Source: Gemmatimonadota bacterium (GTDB lineage: Bacteria; Gemmatimonadota; Gemmatimonadetes; Longimicrobiales; Gaopeijiaceae). Taken from it: DNA of 64,000 bases. Under the pieces are notes generated by a model. The model saw nothing but the letters and a program-made list of their open reading frames with translations. It searched no databases and was not told the DNA's origin. Positions 45,094 to 54,740 of this stretch are shown piece after piece (position 1 is the first letter of the stretch; each line of letters begins with the position of its first letter). The translations under genes were made by a program, and so were the position numbers. The stretch covers positions 80,829-144,828 of the forward strand of contig JAPPNN010000004.1 in assembly GCA_028873815.1 (NCBI GenBank), written 5' to 3'.

Positions 45094-46878
45094 TCAGGAG
45101 CGCGCTGTTTCTCCAGAATCGACGGTCTCGCCTGCGACAGGCAGGTTGACCGGCAGGGCGGGCCGAACCTCCGAACTCAGGGCAAGGTGGAAGGCCTCCA
45201 TCGCCTCGAAGATTCCATCCCCGGCATGACGGAATTCGTCGGGAATGGCGCGTTGGCGAGCCATTACACGCTGTACCGCGTCCTGTCTGAACTGCTCGGC
45301 CACCCCCGATGCCGCATTGGGCCCCCACCGGGCTTCATTGAACGACGCCAACTCCGAATCCAGGGACGCTTTGAATTCCCGGAGAACAGTCTGCTGGCGC
45401 GTGAGCTTCTCGCAGTGATAACCCATGGCGGCCAGGCGGATCGCCAGCGGCAACAATCGCGGATGGTCCCTCGAGACTTTCGCGACGTAGCGTGAGAACA
45501 CCGGCAACTGGTCCGGGGTGAGGCGCCGCCGAATCCCCATGATGCTCAGGTAGAGCACGTGCTTGCTCGCTGGCTTGTAGATGTGCGGTACCGGATTGAG
45601 GTTGTCCAGCAGGGTCAGGCAGCGGTCAAAGTAGTTCTCCAGCGTCGAATCGTAGATGGTTCCGACGACCCGGAGGTATCCCTCCACCAGCGTCCTGGGA
45701 TCCATCTGCGGCTTGAAGTTCAGCGCAGTTGCGTCGATTTCGACGGGTTTGTCCAGCAAACGATTCTCGCGCTCCAGCCGTGCCCACAGATTCGTTCCCT
45801 TGAGTGCGGTCAGCAACCCGACCAGCGCGATCGGAATCCCGGCCCCCTGAATGAACTCGATCTGCGCATCGAACGCGTTGTCGTCGTCTTCGTCGAGGCC
45901 CAGGATGAAGCCGCCCAGAACCATCATCCCCTTCTGCTGAATCTTCCGGACGGACGTGAACAGGTAGTTGTCGTCGCGCATGTCGAGATTCTGAGGCTTC
46001 TTCATCTTCTTGAGCGCTTTCGGATTGGGCGTCTCGATACCCACGAAGACAGCGTCGAAACCGGCGTCGATCATGTCGTCCATCAAGTCGTTCATCCGGA
46101 CAAGATTGACGCTCGCTTCGGTGAACAGCGCATAGGGATGGCCACGCTCCTTTTGCCACTCGGCGATCACCGGGAGGAGCCTCGAGACTTCGCGCTTGTT
46201 CCCGATGAAGTTGTCGTCGACCAGGAACAGCGGTCCCCGCCAGCCCAGCTCGTACAGGTGGTCGAACTCGGCCACCATCTGTTCCGGGGATTTCGTTCGC
46301 GACACGCGGCCGTACAGCTTCGTGATGTCGCAGAACTCACAGTCGAAGGGGCATCCCCGCGAGAACTGCAGACACATGGAGTGATACTCGTTCATGTCGA
46401 TGAGGTCGAAGCGCGGAACCGGAGAAAGGGTCACATCCGGTTTTCGCGGCGCACGATAGACAGCTCGCGCGTTTCCGCTCTCCAGGTCGTGAAGGAAGGT
46501 CGCGAACGTCTCCTCGACCTCATCGAGGACGAAATGGTCGATTCCCTCCATCTCTTCGTGAAACGTGGTCGGGTGGGGCCCGCCGGCGACGACCGGAACC
46601 CGCGCGCGGTTGCAGCGCTCAACGACTTGCTCAAGTGAGGGGCGCTGCGGAATCATGGTCGATGTGAATGCCAGATCCGCCCACTCCAGATCGGCGTCTT
46701 CGAGGGGGGTCACGTTGAGATCGACCAGACGCAGGTTATACCGGGACGGGAACATCGCGGCGAGTGTGAGCAGACCCAGTGGAGGGAACGCCGCCTTGAT
46801 ACCCAGCAGATCCAGAGCATAATTGTTGCCCCAGTAAGTGGGAGGATGCTTCGGGTAGAGCAGGAGGGCATTCTTCAT
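45094..46878 (-). CDS. B12-binding-domain radical SAM protein with DUF4070-like C-terminus
   Basis: N-terminal cobalamin-binding-like region (PPLGLLTLAAM...VVAGGPHPT), radical SAM cluster motif CPFDCEFC, and a long C-terminal extension as in class B rSAM / DUF4070 proteins. Confidence 0.9.
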   Translation of the reverse strand: MKNALLLYPKHPPTYWGNNYALDLLGIKAAFPPLGLLTLAAMFPSRYNLRLVDLNVTPLEDADLEWADLAFTSTMIPQRPSLEQVVERCNRARVPVVAGGPHPTTFHEEMEGIDHFVLDEVEETFATFLHDLESGNARAVYRAPRKPDVTLSPVPRFDLIDMNEYHSMCLQFSRGCPFDCEFCDITKLYGRVSRTKSPEQMVAEFDHLYELGWRGPLFLVDDNFIGNKREVSRLLPVIAEWQKERGHPYALFTEASVNLVRMNDLMDDMIDAGFDAVFVGIETPNPKALKKMKKPQNLDMRDDNYLFTSVRKIQQKGMMVLGGFILGLDEDDDNAFDAQIEFIQGAGIPIALVGLLTALKGTNLWARLERENRLLDKPVEIDATALNFKPQMDPRTLVEGYLRVVGTIYDSTLENYFDRCLTLLDNLNPVPHIYKPASKHVLYLSIMGIRRRLTPDQLPVFSRYVAKVSRDHPRLLPLAIRLAAMGYHCEKLTRQQTVLREFKASLDSELASFNEARWGPNAASGVAEQFRQDAVQRVMARQRAIPDEFRHAGDGIFEAMEAFHLALSSEVRPALPVNLPVAGETVDSGETARS

Positions 46879-46885
46879 CGTTCGC

Positions 46886-49408
46886 TCACGACACCGCCGC
46901 TGTGCCGAACCGGCTGGCGACGAACTTGCGGTAGTCGGCGAATGCGGCTTTCACCTTGTCGCGGGTCAGGCCGTAGTCCGCGATATCGTACTTGTGCCGC
47001 GTCTCCAGGCGCCGTTGCTCCTCCTGCTTCCAGAACCAGGCTTTCATCGCCTCAATCGACTCGGCCTCCATCGGCCAGCCGAACCGGCGATAGATGCCGA
47101 CCACAACTGCGATGGGGTCGCTGACCAGATCGTAGAAGCTCACATCGTGCCAGCGGTGTTCCAGTTCGGGGTGTGACCGCCGAAACCGAGTCGCTCGGTC
47201 AAGCATGCGACTCATTGCTCTCAGTTGTTCGCTACCGAGCTCCGTGCGGGGGCGCGGTTCGCTGATATCCGACCGGAAGCGCTCCACCAGACTACACCAG
47301 GACCCCATGAATTCGACGGGTTCGCGATGCGTCTGAATGAAAAGGGCGTCGGGATACGCCTCGAGCAGGGCGCCCAGTTCCATCAGATGGGTTGGCATCT
47401 TGAAGATCCATTGGCCCTGGCTGCCCGGGTGACAGGCCCTTCGCTGGTAGTTGTAGTGCTGCATGGTGCGGCGATGCACGTGGTAGGCCTCGCGGGTGCC
47501 GCTTTCCTCGAGCCAGCGCTCGTACTCGGGCAACCGATATCGAGTCGCGAACACCCATGTCTTGAGCGACAACCTGAGGATCGGGATATCCTCTTCCGGT
47601 TCGTCGAGCCCGGCATGGTGAAGGCCCGCGAGAGTATCTACGATGCTCGCCGCTGCGAATACGTCCGCCGCCTTGATACGGCGGGGATCCCGGGGAGTGC
47701 CGACGACCGCTGCGTAGCCGCCGTCCGGAATGACGGGCTCGACGTATTCGTAGGCCCGCAAGGCCCAGAACCGCCGGTCCCGGGCCAATAGACGGTGCAG
47801 GAAGGTCGTGCCCGTCCTGTTGATGCCCACGATGAACACTGGCTGTTCGATTGGCTGCCGCCCGATCTCCGGCAGCCGCATGCGCTCTCCGGCCAGTTCG
47901 GCGTTGTTGCGCAGTATTCGGCACAGGTCGAACACGCAATGCCCGATGCGCTTTGCCAGCAGGCCGGCTTCGGGAGCGTTGAAGCCCTCGACGAGACGGG
48001 CCAATCCCTCCAGCATCCACTCGGGGTAGGTGGTGTCGAAGGACACGCCGTTGTCCCTGGCGTATCGCCGGGCCTGCTTCAGCACGCTGTCCAGGCTGAC
48101 CCCCAGCTGCGGAATCGCCTGCGGCCACTCTTCCTCACGGTCCCTGACCCAGCGGTTGTAGCGGACATACCTGGTGAGAGGACCCGGCCAGTTGATGTCA
48201 CCACGACAGTCCTCTCGAATGGCCCGGTCGGAGACCGGCAGCGTCTGGACCGTTTCGGAGCCCCGAAACCAATAGGGGGCGAAGTGATCGAACAGGGGCC
48301 AGCTGCGGGCCATCGGAGACGCGTCCCCGTGCGCCTGGCAGGCGCGCTTGAAAACGGCGTAGGGAACCTCCGGATAATTGAGGCCGAACTCCGCGAGCTG
48401 CATGGCCCGGTACGACGGCGCGTTGTTGCAGCAGCTGTAGATAGTGAAGCGCCGATTCACATTCATGGAAATGTCGGTGCACATGCGCGTCAGCGTATCC
48501 GCCGGATCGTCGGTGGCCCGCATGGTGAACCCCTGCGGAATCATTCCGACCTGGACCGCCGCCGCGAAGACAAGCTGTGGAGGGGTGTCCGACTGGGCGT
48601 AACCGGTGGAGGCCATGGTGGTTTGCCCGAAACGGAAGACCGCCGCCGGCAAGCCGACCTGATGCGCGAACAGGACGGCCTGTTCCGCCACAAGCTTGCT
48701 CCAGGCATACCCGAGCAACCCGAGCGGCATCACCCTCTTCATCCGACCCAGGTCCGGCTGCGCATGGTCGCCGATGTGACAGTCGCGGTATTCGCCGGCA
48801 AAGGAGTGCACGTACTCGGGGAACACACCCATGGTCGAGACGTGAAACAGGTGCTTGAGGCGGACACTCAGACACAGCCGGAGGACCTCGCGCACTCCGA
48901 GAGCGTTTACCTGGCGGAGAGACCGGTAGGACGCGATCAGGTTCGGGTTGGCCGCAAGGTGGTAGACAGCGTCGATTTGCCGGCACAGCCGGTCGAAGTC
49001 GTCGTTCGAGAGCCCGAAGCGGGACTGCGAGACATCGCCGGCGTAAACGCGGATTCTCGACGTGAACGCATCGTCCCAGGTCTCCGCGTGTTCCATGTTG
49101 GCGCGCAGTCGCTCGAAGCCGCGTTCCGCCGATTCGGCTCGCACGACGCAATGGACCGTCACTTCGGACTCGTGAGCGAGCAGGTCTCGCACGAGGAAAC
49201 GACCGACGAATCCGGTTGCGCCGGTAACCAGGACATTGCGAAAGTCGGCGGGCGAAACCGCGGGAGCCGGGGTTGCATCGGTTAGCGCGGCGCGAACGGA
49301 TCGGCGCAGAGTGGTGAGATCGCGCTGGCATTCGGGCGGCAGGGTCCCTGTCAGCGGTGGCACCTGGTGCCTTGTTGCAGATGCAGTGGCCATGGCGGAA
49401 TCAGTCAC
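46886..49408 (-). CDS. fusion protein: thioester-reductase-type NAD(P)-binding domain plus sulfotransferase domain
   Basis: N-terminal VLVTGATGFVGRFL...VHCVVRA...YHLAANPN (terminal reductase / NAD_binding_4 pattern). C-terminal PVFIVGINRTGTTFLHRLL (PAPS 5'-phosphosulfate-binding loop of sulfotransferases). The GTG start overlaps the PKS stop by 8 nt; an alternative ATG lies at 49393. Confidence 0.8.
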   Translation of the reverse strand: MTDSAMATASATRHQVPPLTGTLPPECQRDLTTLRRSVRAALTDATPAPAVSPADFRNVLVTGATGFVGRFLVRDLLAHESEVTVHCVVRAESAERGFERLRANMEHAETWDDAFTSRIRVYAGDVSQSRFGLSNDDFDRLCRQIDAVYHLAANPNLIASYRSLRQVNALGVREVLRLCLSVRLKHLFHVSTMGVFPEYVHSFAGEYRDCHIGDHAQPDLGRMKRVMPLGLLGYAWSKLVAEQAVLFAHQVGLPAAVFRFGQTTMASTGYAQSDTPPQLVFAAAVQVGMIPQGFTMRATDDPADTLTRMCTDISMNVNRRFTIYSCCNNAPSYRAMQLAEFGLNYPEVPYAVFKRACQAHGDASPMARSWPLFDHFAPYWFRGSETVQTLPVSDRAIREDCRGDINWPGPLTRYVRYNRWVRDREEEWPQAIPQLGVSLDSVLKQARRYARDNGVSFDTTYPEWMLEGLARLVEGFNAPEAGLLAKRIGHCVFDLCRILRNNAELAGERMRLPEIGRQPIEQPVFIVGINRTGTTFLHRLLARDRRFWALRAYEYVEPVIPDGGYAAVVGTPRDPRRIKAADVFAAASIVDTLAGLHHAGLDEPEEDIPILRLSLKTWVFATRYRLPEYERWLEESGTREAYHVHRRTMQHYNYQRRACHPGSQGQWIFKMPTHLMELGALLEAYPDALFIQTHREPVEFMGSWCSLVERFRSDISEPRPRTELGSEQLRAMSRMLDRATRFRRSHPELEHRWHDVSFYDLVSDPIAVVVGIYRRFGWPMEAESIEAMKAWFWKQEEQRRLETRHKYDIADYGLTRDKVKAAFADYRKFVASRFGTAAVS

Positions 49409-52400
49409 CCGCGACTGAACCGGCGTTCGGCACCGTCGACGAAATCACTCGCCGCGCGGATCCGTCGAAACCGGGAGCCGGGGCGGGTTCACCCTTTGGG
49501 AAGTGGTCCTCGAGTCTGTTCGCAAACGGAGAGCTCCGGCGCCGCGTCCGCTGCCCGAACGGTTCGGCCGCGGCGGCCGAACCGTCATCCTCGGCCACCG
49601 TGACGGCTTCGTGGTCCGAGGCCGCTCCCTCGACGATCGTCTGTGCCAGGGACAGAGCCGTCGCGGTGGTCATGAGTTCCAGGGCGCTGACCTGATGGTT
49701 GTACTGTGTCTGGATAAACGCTCCCAGTTCTGCGACCGAAATCGAAGTGAGCCCGAAGCTCGCCAGGGGCTCGGTCATGTCGCCCTCCTCGTGCCCGCAC
49801 AGTTCGGCTACCTTCGCCGAGATCTGGGCGACCACGCCTTCGATGGTGAGATCGCTTCCCAATTCGACCTCGAATGCCGCCTGATTGTTCACCAGACGAC
49901 CGTTGCGCATGTAGTCGGCGGATTCAACGGACCAGGGCGGATTCGAGAACAGCGCGGTGACGACATGGTCGCGTTCGGCCATGGCGCGCAGGGCGTAGTC
50001 CAGGTTCGCGATCGCGAAGTTGGCGCTGACGGTCGTCATCCCGGCCGCTCTCATCATCCGCATGACATGGAGGCTGCGCGCCGCCATCCCGACCTCGGTC
50101 ACGGGACCCAGGTTGTACGCGAAACCCGGGAGCCCCCGCTGGCGCCGGTACTCGGCCAACCCGTCCAGGAAGCTGCTGGCGCCGCTGTAGTTGATCTGCC
50201 CCATGTTGCCGAATGTCGACGCGATCGACGAGAACAGGACGAAGTAGTCCAGGTCGTACCCCGCGGTGGCTTGGTGCAGGTTCAGGGCGCCCCGGGCCTT
50301 CGGGGCGAACACGCGCGCCAGGGAATCAGGCGATGTGTCGAGGAAGGATCGGTCCTCCAGCGTGCCGGCGAGGTGGAATACACCCTTCAGGGGCTTCCTG
50401 AGCGCCCCGATGCAGCGTTGCACGTCCGCTTCGTCCCGCACGTCACCGGGCACGATGTCGATCTCGTATTCCTGCGGCATCTTGGAGAGCGTGGTGATCT
50501 GGCGGATCCATTCGACGTCGCGGCTGCGGGTGGGATCGCGGTCCATCAGCGTCAGGTGCCGCGCCCCGGCGGCGATCAGGTAAGGCACAAAGCGAAGCCC
50601 GAAACCGCCCAGGCCGCCGGTCACCACATAGGTTGCGTCGGGATCCAGGAAGGGCCGCGTGTCTGCAATGCCGAACCCCCGATCCATCGCGTCCTCCGGG
50701 GCCTGCAAGACCAGCTTGCCCTGGTGCTGGCCCGTGGTCATCAGGCGGAGGGCCTGCGCGTAGTCGCGGTACGGGAAGACCGTTAGCGGGGGCGGCGCGA
50801 CCGCTCCCTCAGCCATCAGGTCCATGCAGGCCTGGGAAAGCACATGCGACAGCACCGGGTCGTCGAGCATCAGCCGGTCCACGTCGATCGCCGCGAAGCG
50901 CAGGTTCTTGCGGAAGACCCGCATGCTGAGCGCGTTGTCGGTGTAGATGTCGACCTTCCCGATCTCGCAGTGCCAGCCGGAGGGGCGCAGCGCCTTGAGG
51001 CAGAGCGCAATGTGATGGCCCGCCAGCGAGTTCAACACGACATCGACACCTTCGCCTCCCGTAGCCTCCATCAGATCGTCGTACCAGCTGTGGCTGTGCG
51101 AATCGAAGGCCCCGCGCACGCCCATCGCCAGCAACTGCTTGCGCTTGCTTTCGTTTCCCGCCGTGGCGTAGATCTCCGCGCCGACGTGCCTGGCCAGCGC
51201 GATCGCGGCCTGTCCGACACCACCCATCGCCGAATGGATGAGTACGCGCTGGCCCTCCTGCAGGCGGGCGAGGTGGATCAGCGAGTAGTAGGCGGTCACG
51301 CAGACGGACAACGCCGACGCGGCCTCCTCCATGCTCAGACGGGGTGGTTTCAGGAAGGCGAGGTGTTCGTTTACCACCACCCGGTTGGCGATACAGCCGC
51401 CCGCCGTGAGCGCCACCTCGTCTCCGACCTTCAGGCGCTTCACCTCGGGGCCGGCGCGCCGCACCACCCCGCTGGCTTCGATGCCGACTTCGCGGCCGAG
51501 CGCCGAGCGCTCGTACGCCATGGCGGGCAAAAGTCCCAGCGTGACCATGACGTCGCGGAAATTCAGGGCCGCCGCCGCGATCTGGACCTCCACATCGGCC
51601 GGACCGAGGGCCGGCGGTTCGCAGGTCGTCATCTGGAGGCCGCTGACCTGCCCGGGGTTGTCCAGGCGAAGGCGGTACGGGGGATCGTCGCCGTCCGGAA
51701 CGAGCGGTGCGCGCTGCCGTACGCTGACGATGCGCGGCACCCACGGACGCCGCTCCCGGATCGCCAATTCGCGCTCCCGCGGGTCGCATCGGACGATCCC
51801 GGCCAGTGCCTCCAGGTCTTCTGCCGCCCCGATGTCCACGAGGCGGAAGTCGATGCGAGTGTCCTCGGCGAGGAGTTCCAGGGCTATACTGCGCACGGCC
51901 CCCCACAGCGCACTTCCACGCGGATCGTCGACGCCGCATATCGCGCCGCGCGTAATCACCGTCAGACGGCACTCGCGAGTCGCACTCTCGAGTCGTAACG
52001 GTGCCAAGGCCTGGAGAAACGCCACAAACTGCCACACGATCCGCTCCCCGGTGGGATCCCCGGGGTCGGTGCCGACAAAGAGATCGATCGCCTCAAGTTC
52101 TGCCGTCCCCGGCCATTCCTCCAGCCGGACAAAGTCGCCGGCTTCGAAGGATTTCCAGGGGATGTGATGCACCATCGGCGAATCGAGGTGCTGGATCCAG
52201 GCCTGGGCCGGGGTGTCCGGTTCGCCGATCACCCAGCGGGGACCCCGAGCCGCAGTGCCTTCGATCGGGTCGGCCCCCGCCACGGCTTCGGCACCGTGCA
52301 CGACCTCCGTCGCATCCTGCAATCCGGCCAGAGTGTCCGGGGCCTGCAGCAGCGTCGTGCGCGAGCCCGCATGCAAAGTCGTCCAGCCGCGGCCCGGTTC

Positions 52401-54740
52401 AATGACATCACCCTCCTTGTGGCATACAACCGCAAGGCCGCCGGCGACCATAAGCCGATGGACGAGCGCCCACTGGTCGGGCCCGAAATCGCCGGCCTCC
52501 CGATGAAGCAGCACAAGTTCAGCTCCTGCCGGCCGCAACAGCCCTTTGGCCAGATCAGGCGGGTGGGCCTGGCTGTCGATCAGGTCAAGCGTCTCGAAGC
52601 GAAGCGCGGCGTCGTGATGGTTGAAGGCGTCGTACAGCGCGCGGGTGGACTCTTCGTCCCCTCCGACGAGCCAGTATTCCGTCTGTGCCTCCGGGCCCGA
52701 CAGGCGCTCAAGACACTGGTTCAGAATGGCCTGGGCGGACTCATGCCGACCCGCGATCTCGATCACGTGGCAGGCGTAGTGTTCGCCCAGGGCGCCCTCC
52801 TCCAGCGCCGCAATCAGCGCGGCGGGATCGACTTCGCCATCCCGGATTGCGTCTCCGACCGGAGGCGTTGGCGGCACGAATTTGGGCTGCCAGCGGATTA
52901 GGTGCTTGCTGTCCGGTACATCGCTCCAGCGGGGATTGCTGTTGAAGGAATGATATTCACCGATGTGTGCGATCAGCTTGCCCGTAGCGCGATCGTAGAA
53001 GCTCAGGCGACCGATATACAATTCGCCAAGCGGCTTGTTGTACTGACCCCGCTCGTCCACGTCGAACCAGTCTCCGGTGTCGACCAGAAAACAGCTGATG
53101 CGCGGCCCCGTCGGCGGACGCAGGAAGGTGATGTCGCACGCCCGCTGCGGCATGGAGAAGAAATCCGGCAGGCGCATCAGGTAGCGCAGAAAGATCTGGA
53201 GCCCCCCGTCGGTCAACGGGGGGTACAGGAGATAGCCTTCCTCCCGGCCGGAAGCCCACAGCTCGTCGTCCACCTCGATATCCAGAAGGAGGTCCGTTGA
53301 ACCGGAATCCATCTCGATCTGCCGGACGCTGCGGAACTCGGGCCCGAACTCGAAGGCATCTCCCACAACCGCTTCGATGTGGTCGTAGAACTCCTCTCCC
53401 GTTGAAAGGGGCCGGGGATCGAAGTCGGAGGCCAGGACATCGTCGAGCGTAGGGAGGGTGTCGATGGCGTAGTCCTTGTCCACCCGGCGGACCCGGCCCC
53501 GGCAGTGCAGGGTGCCTTCATCGTCGTTCTCGAAGGAACGCGTGGAGATGGTGAAGGTGAACTGATCGGGAGCGTTCGGAACCGGGAAGAGGGCCGTCTG
53601 CAGACGAACCGGGGTCCTGCCGACGGGCGTATGCTGCAGGAACTCGATCTCGTCGATGTGGACCGGATCGCCGGCGAACGCCTGCAGGAGCAACTCGATA
53701 TAGCCGGCGGCGGGGATGATCGGCGCCCGATGGACCCGGTGGTCGGTCATCCAGGGAAAATCTCTTTCGGATAGCCGCGACTCGAAGAGAATGTGGTCGC
53801 AGGCGACCCGGTGGCCGACGAGCGGGCCGTGCGAGTACTCGCCGCGCTGGACAAACATCTCGTCGTCGACCAGATCGTCGTGGGTCGTGGTCTGCTCCTG
53901 CGGGTGGCCGGGAAGGAGATGAGCGATCGGTTTCGGCTGCGGGTACTGCGATGCAAAGTCGAGCTCGACGCCGGTGCGGTACAACGCCCCCAGCGCCTCC
54001 TGGAAGCCGAGGCACACATCCTCGTCCTTCATGAGCGTGGGAATACACGCCGGGACGGTGGCGCCGCCTTCCAGGCACTGCCGGATCAGAGGTTGCAGAG
54101 CTCCGTGCGGTGCGATTTCCAGGACGATGTCGGGTCGATGGTCCCGTTTCACCGTGTCCATCGCGGCTGCAAAGCGGACCGGTTCGCGAATGTTCGACCA
54201 CCAGTATGCGGCGTCCAGACGCTGCGTTGCGCTGCCGGTCACGGAGGACACCATGGGGACATCGACGTCGAAGGCGCAGTCGTCCAGGAACGACAGCGAA
54301 GCCATGACATCGTCGTGCAACGGATCCATCGCCGTCGAGTGGAATGCGATGTTGCCGGGAATCAGCCGATTCTGCAGGTCTCGGCGGTCCAGCTCCGCCA
54401 TGACGGGCCCGAGCGCGCCCCCCTTGCCGCAGATGACGGTATTGGCCGGCGAGTTCTCGCAGGCGATTTCAACCTGGGCGGGTCTGTGGTTCCCGGAACG
54501 GAACGAGACACTCAGCTCGTCCAGCAAGTCCTGGACACCGGCTCTGTCCAGCCCGATCGCCAGCATCCGACCGGAGCCGGCCACCCGCTGCTGCAGCGTG
54601 GCGCGGTGGTAGACCAGATGCGTGGCCTCCGCGAGGGACAGGGCCCCGCAGGCGTACGCGGCGGCTACTTCGCCGAGCTGTGTCCAACAACGCAGTCCGG
54701 CTGGACGCCCCAGGTCGAGAGCAGTTCCACGAGGGCGCAT
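49401..54740 (-). CDS. type I polyketide synthase, downstream portion: rest of AT, DH, degenerate MT-like / structural region, ER, KR, ACP
   Basis: LGEVAAAYACGALSL (second half of the AT GHSLGE motif). IAFHS. DH motif DHRVHRAPIIPAAGYIE. MT-like relic VIEIAGRHE. ER motif HSAMGGVGQAA. KR motifs YVVTGGLGGFG and NYSGAS. ACP motif FGLTSISVAEL. The first ~17 codons of the listed ORF precede the true join with the KS ORF. Confidence 0.9.
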   Translation of the reverse strand: MRPRGTALDLGRPAGLRCWTQLGEVAAAYACGALSLAEATHLVYHRATLQQRVAGSGRMLAIGLDRAGVQDLLDELSVSFRSGNHRPAQVEIACENSPANTVICGKGGALGPVMAELDRRDLQNRLIPGNIAFHSTAMDPLHDDVMASLSFLDDCAFDVDVPMVSSVTGSATQRLDAAYWWSNIREPVRFAAAMDTVKRDHRPDIVLEIAPHGALQPLIRQCLEGGATVPACIPTLMKDEDVCLGFQEALGALYRTGVELDFASQYPQPKPIAHLLPGHPQEQTTTHDDLVDDEMFVQRGEYSHGPLVGHRVACDHILFESRLSERDFPWMTDHRVHRAPIIPAAGYIELLLQAFAGDPVHIDEIEFLQHTPVGRTPVRLQTALFPVPNAPDQFTFTISTRSFENDDEGTLHCRGRVRRVDKDYAIDTLPTLDDVLASDFDPRPLSTGEEFYDHIEAVVGDAFEFGPEFRSVRQIEMDSGSTDLLLDIEVDDELWASGREEGYLLYPPLTDGGLQIFLRYLMRLPDFFSMPQRACDITFLRPPTGPRISCFLVDTGDWFDVDERGQYNKPLGELYIGRLSFYDRATGKLIAHIGEYHSFNSNPRWSDVPDSKHLIRWQPKFVPPTPPVGDAIRDGEVDPAALIAALEEGALGEHYACHVIEIAGRHESAQAILNQCLERLSGPEAQTEYWLVGGDEESTRALYDAFNHHDAALRFETLDLIDSQAHPPDLAKGLLRPAGAELVLLHREAGDFGPDQWALVHRLMVAGGLAVVCHKEGDVIEPGRGWTTLHAGSRTTLLQAPDTLAGLQDATEVVHGAEAVAGADPIEGTAARGPRWVIGEPDTPAQAWIQHLDSPMVHHIPWKSFEAGDFVRLEEWPGTAELEAIDLFVGTDPGDPTGERIVWQFVAFLQALAPLRLESATRECRLTVITRGAICGVDDPRGSALWGAVRSIALELLAEDTRIDFRLVDIGAAEDLEALAGIVRCDPRERELAIRERRPWVPRIVSVRQRAPLVPDGDDPPYRLRLDNPGQVSGLQMTTCEPPALGPADVEVQIAAAALNFRDVMVTLGLLPAMAYERSALGREVGIEASGVVRRAGPEVKRLKVGDEVALTAGGCIANRVVVNEHLAFLKPPRLSMEEAASALSVCVTAYYSLIHLARLQEGQRVLIHSAMGGVGQAAIALARHVGAEIYATAGNESKRKQLLAMGVRGAFDSHSHSWYDDLMEATGGEGVDVVLNSLAGHHIALCLKALRPSGWHCEIGKVDIYTDNALSMRVFRKNLRFAAIDVDRLMLDDPVLSHVLSQACMDLMAEGAVAPPPLTVFPYRDYAQALRLMTTGQHQGKLVLQAPEDAMDRGFGIADTRPFLDPDATYVVTGGLGGFGLRFVPYLIAAGARHLTLMDRDPTRSRDVEWIRQITTLSKMPQEYEIDIVPGDVRDEADVQRCIGALRKPLKGVFHLAGTLEDRSFLDTSPDSLARVFAPKARGALNLHQATAGYDLDYFVLFSSIASTFGNMGQINYSGASSFLDGLAEYRRQRGLPGFAYNLGPVTEVGMAARSLHVMRMMRAAGMTTVSANFAIANLDYALRAMAERDHVVTALFSNPPWSVESADYMRNGRLVNNQAAFEVELGSDLTIEGVVAQISAKVAELCGHEEGDMTEPLASFGLTSISVAELGAFIQTQYNHQVSALELMTTATALSLAQTIVEGAASDHEAVTVAEDDGSAAAAEPFGQRTRRRSSPFANRLEDHFPKGEPAPAPGFDGSARRVISSTVPNAGSVAGD

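Noticed and set aside
49401-49520. C-terminal ~75-residue tail of the PKS after the ACP as a possible docking or TE-like domain.
   Set aside because: It is low-complexity (Ala/Gly/Pro/Arg-rich) with no GxSxG or other catalytic motif. I treat it as a disordered linker or tail overlapping the next gene's start.
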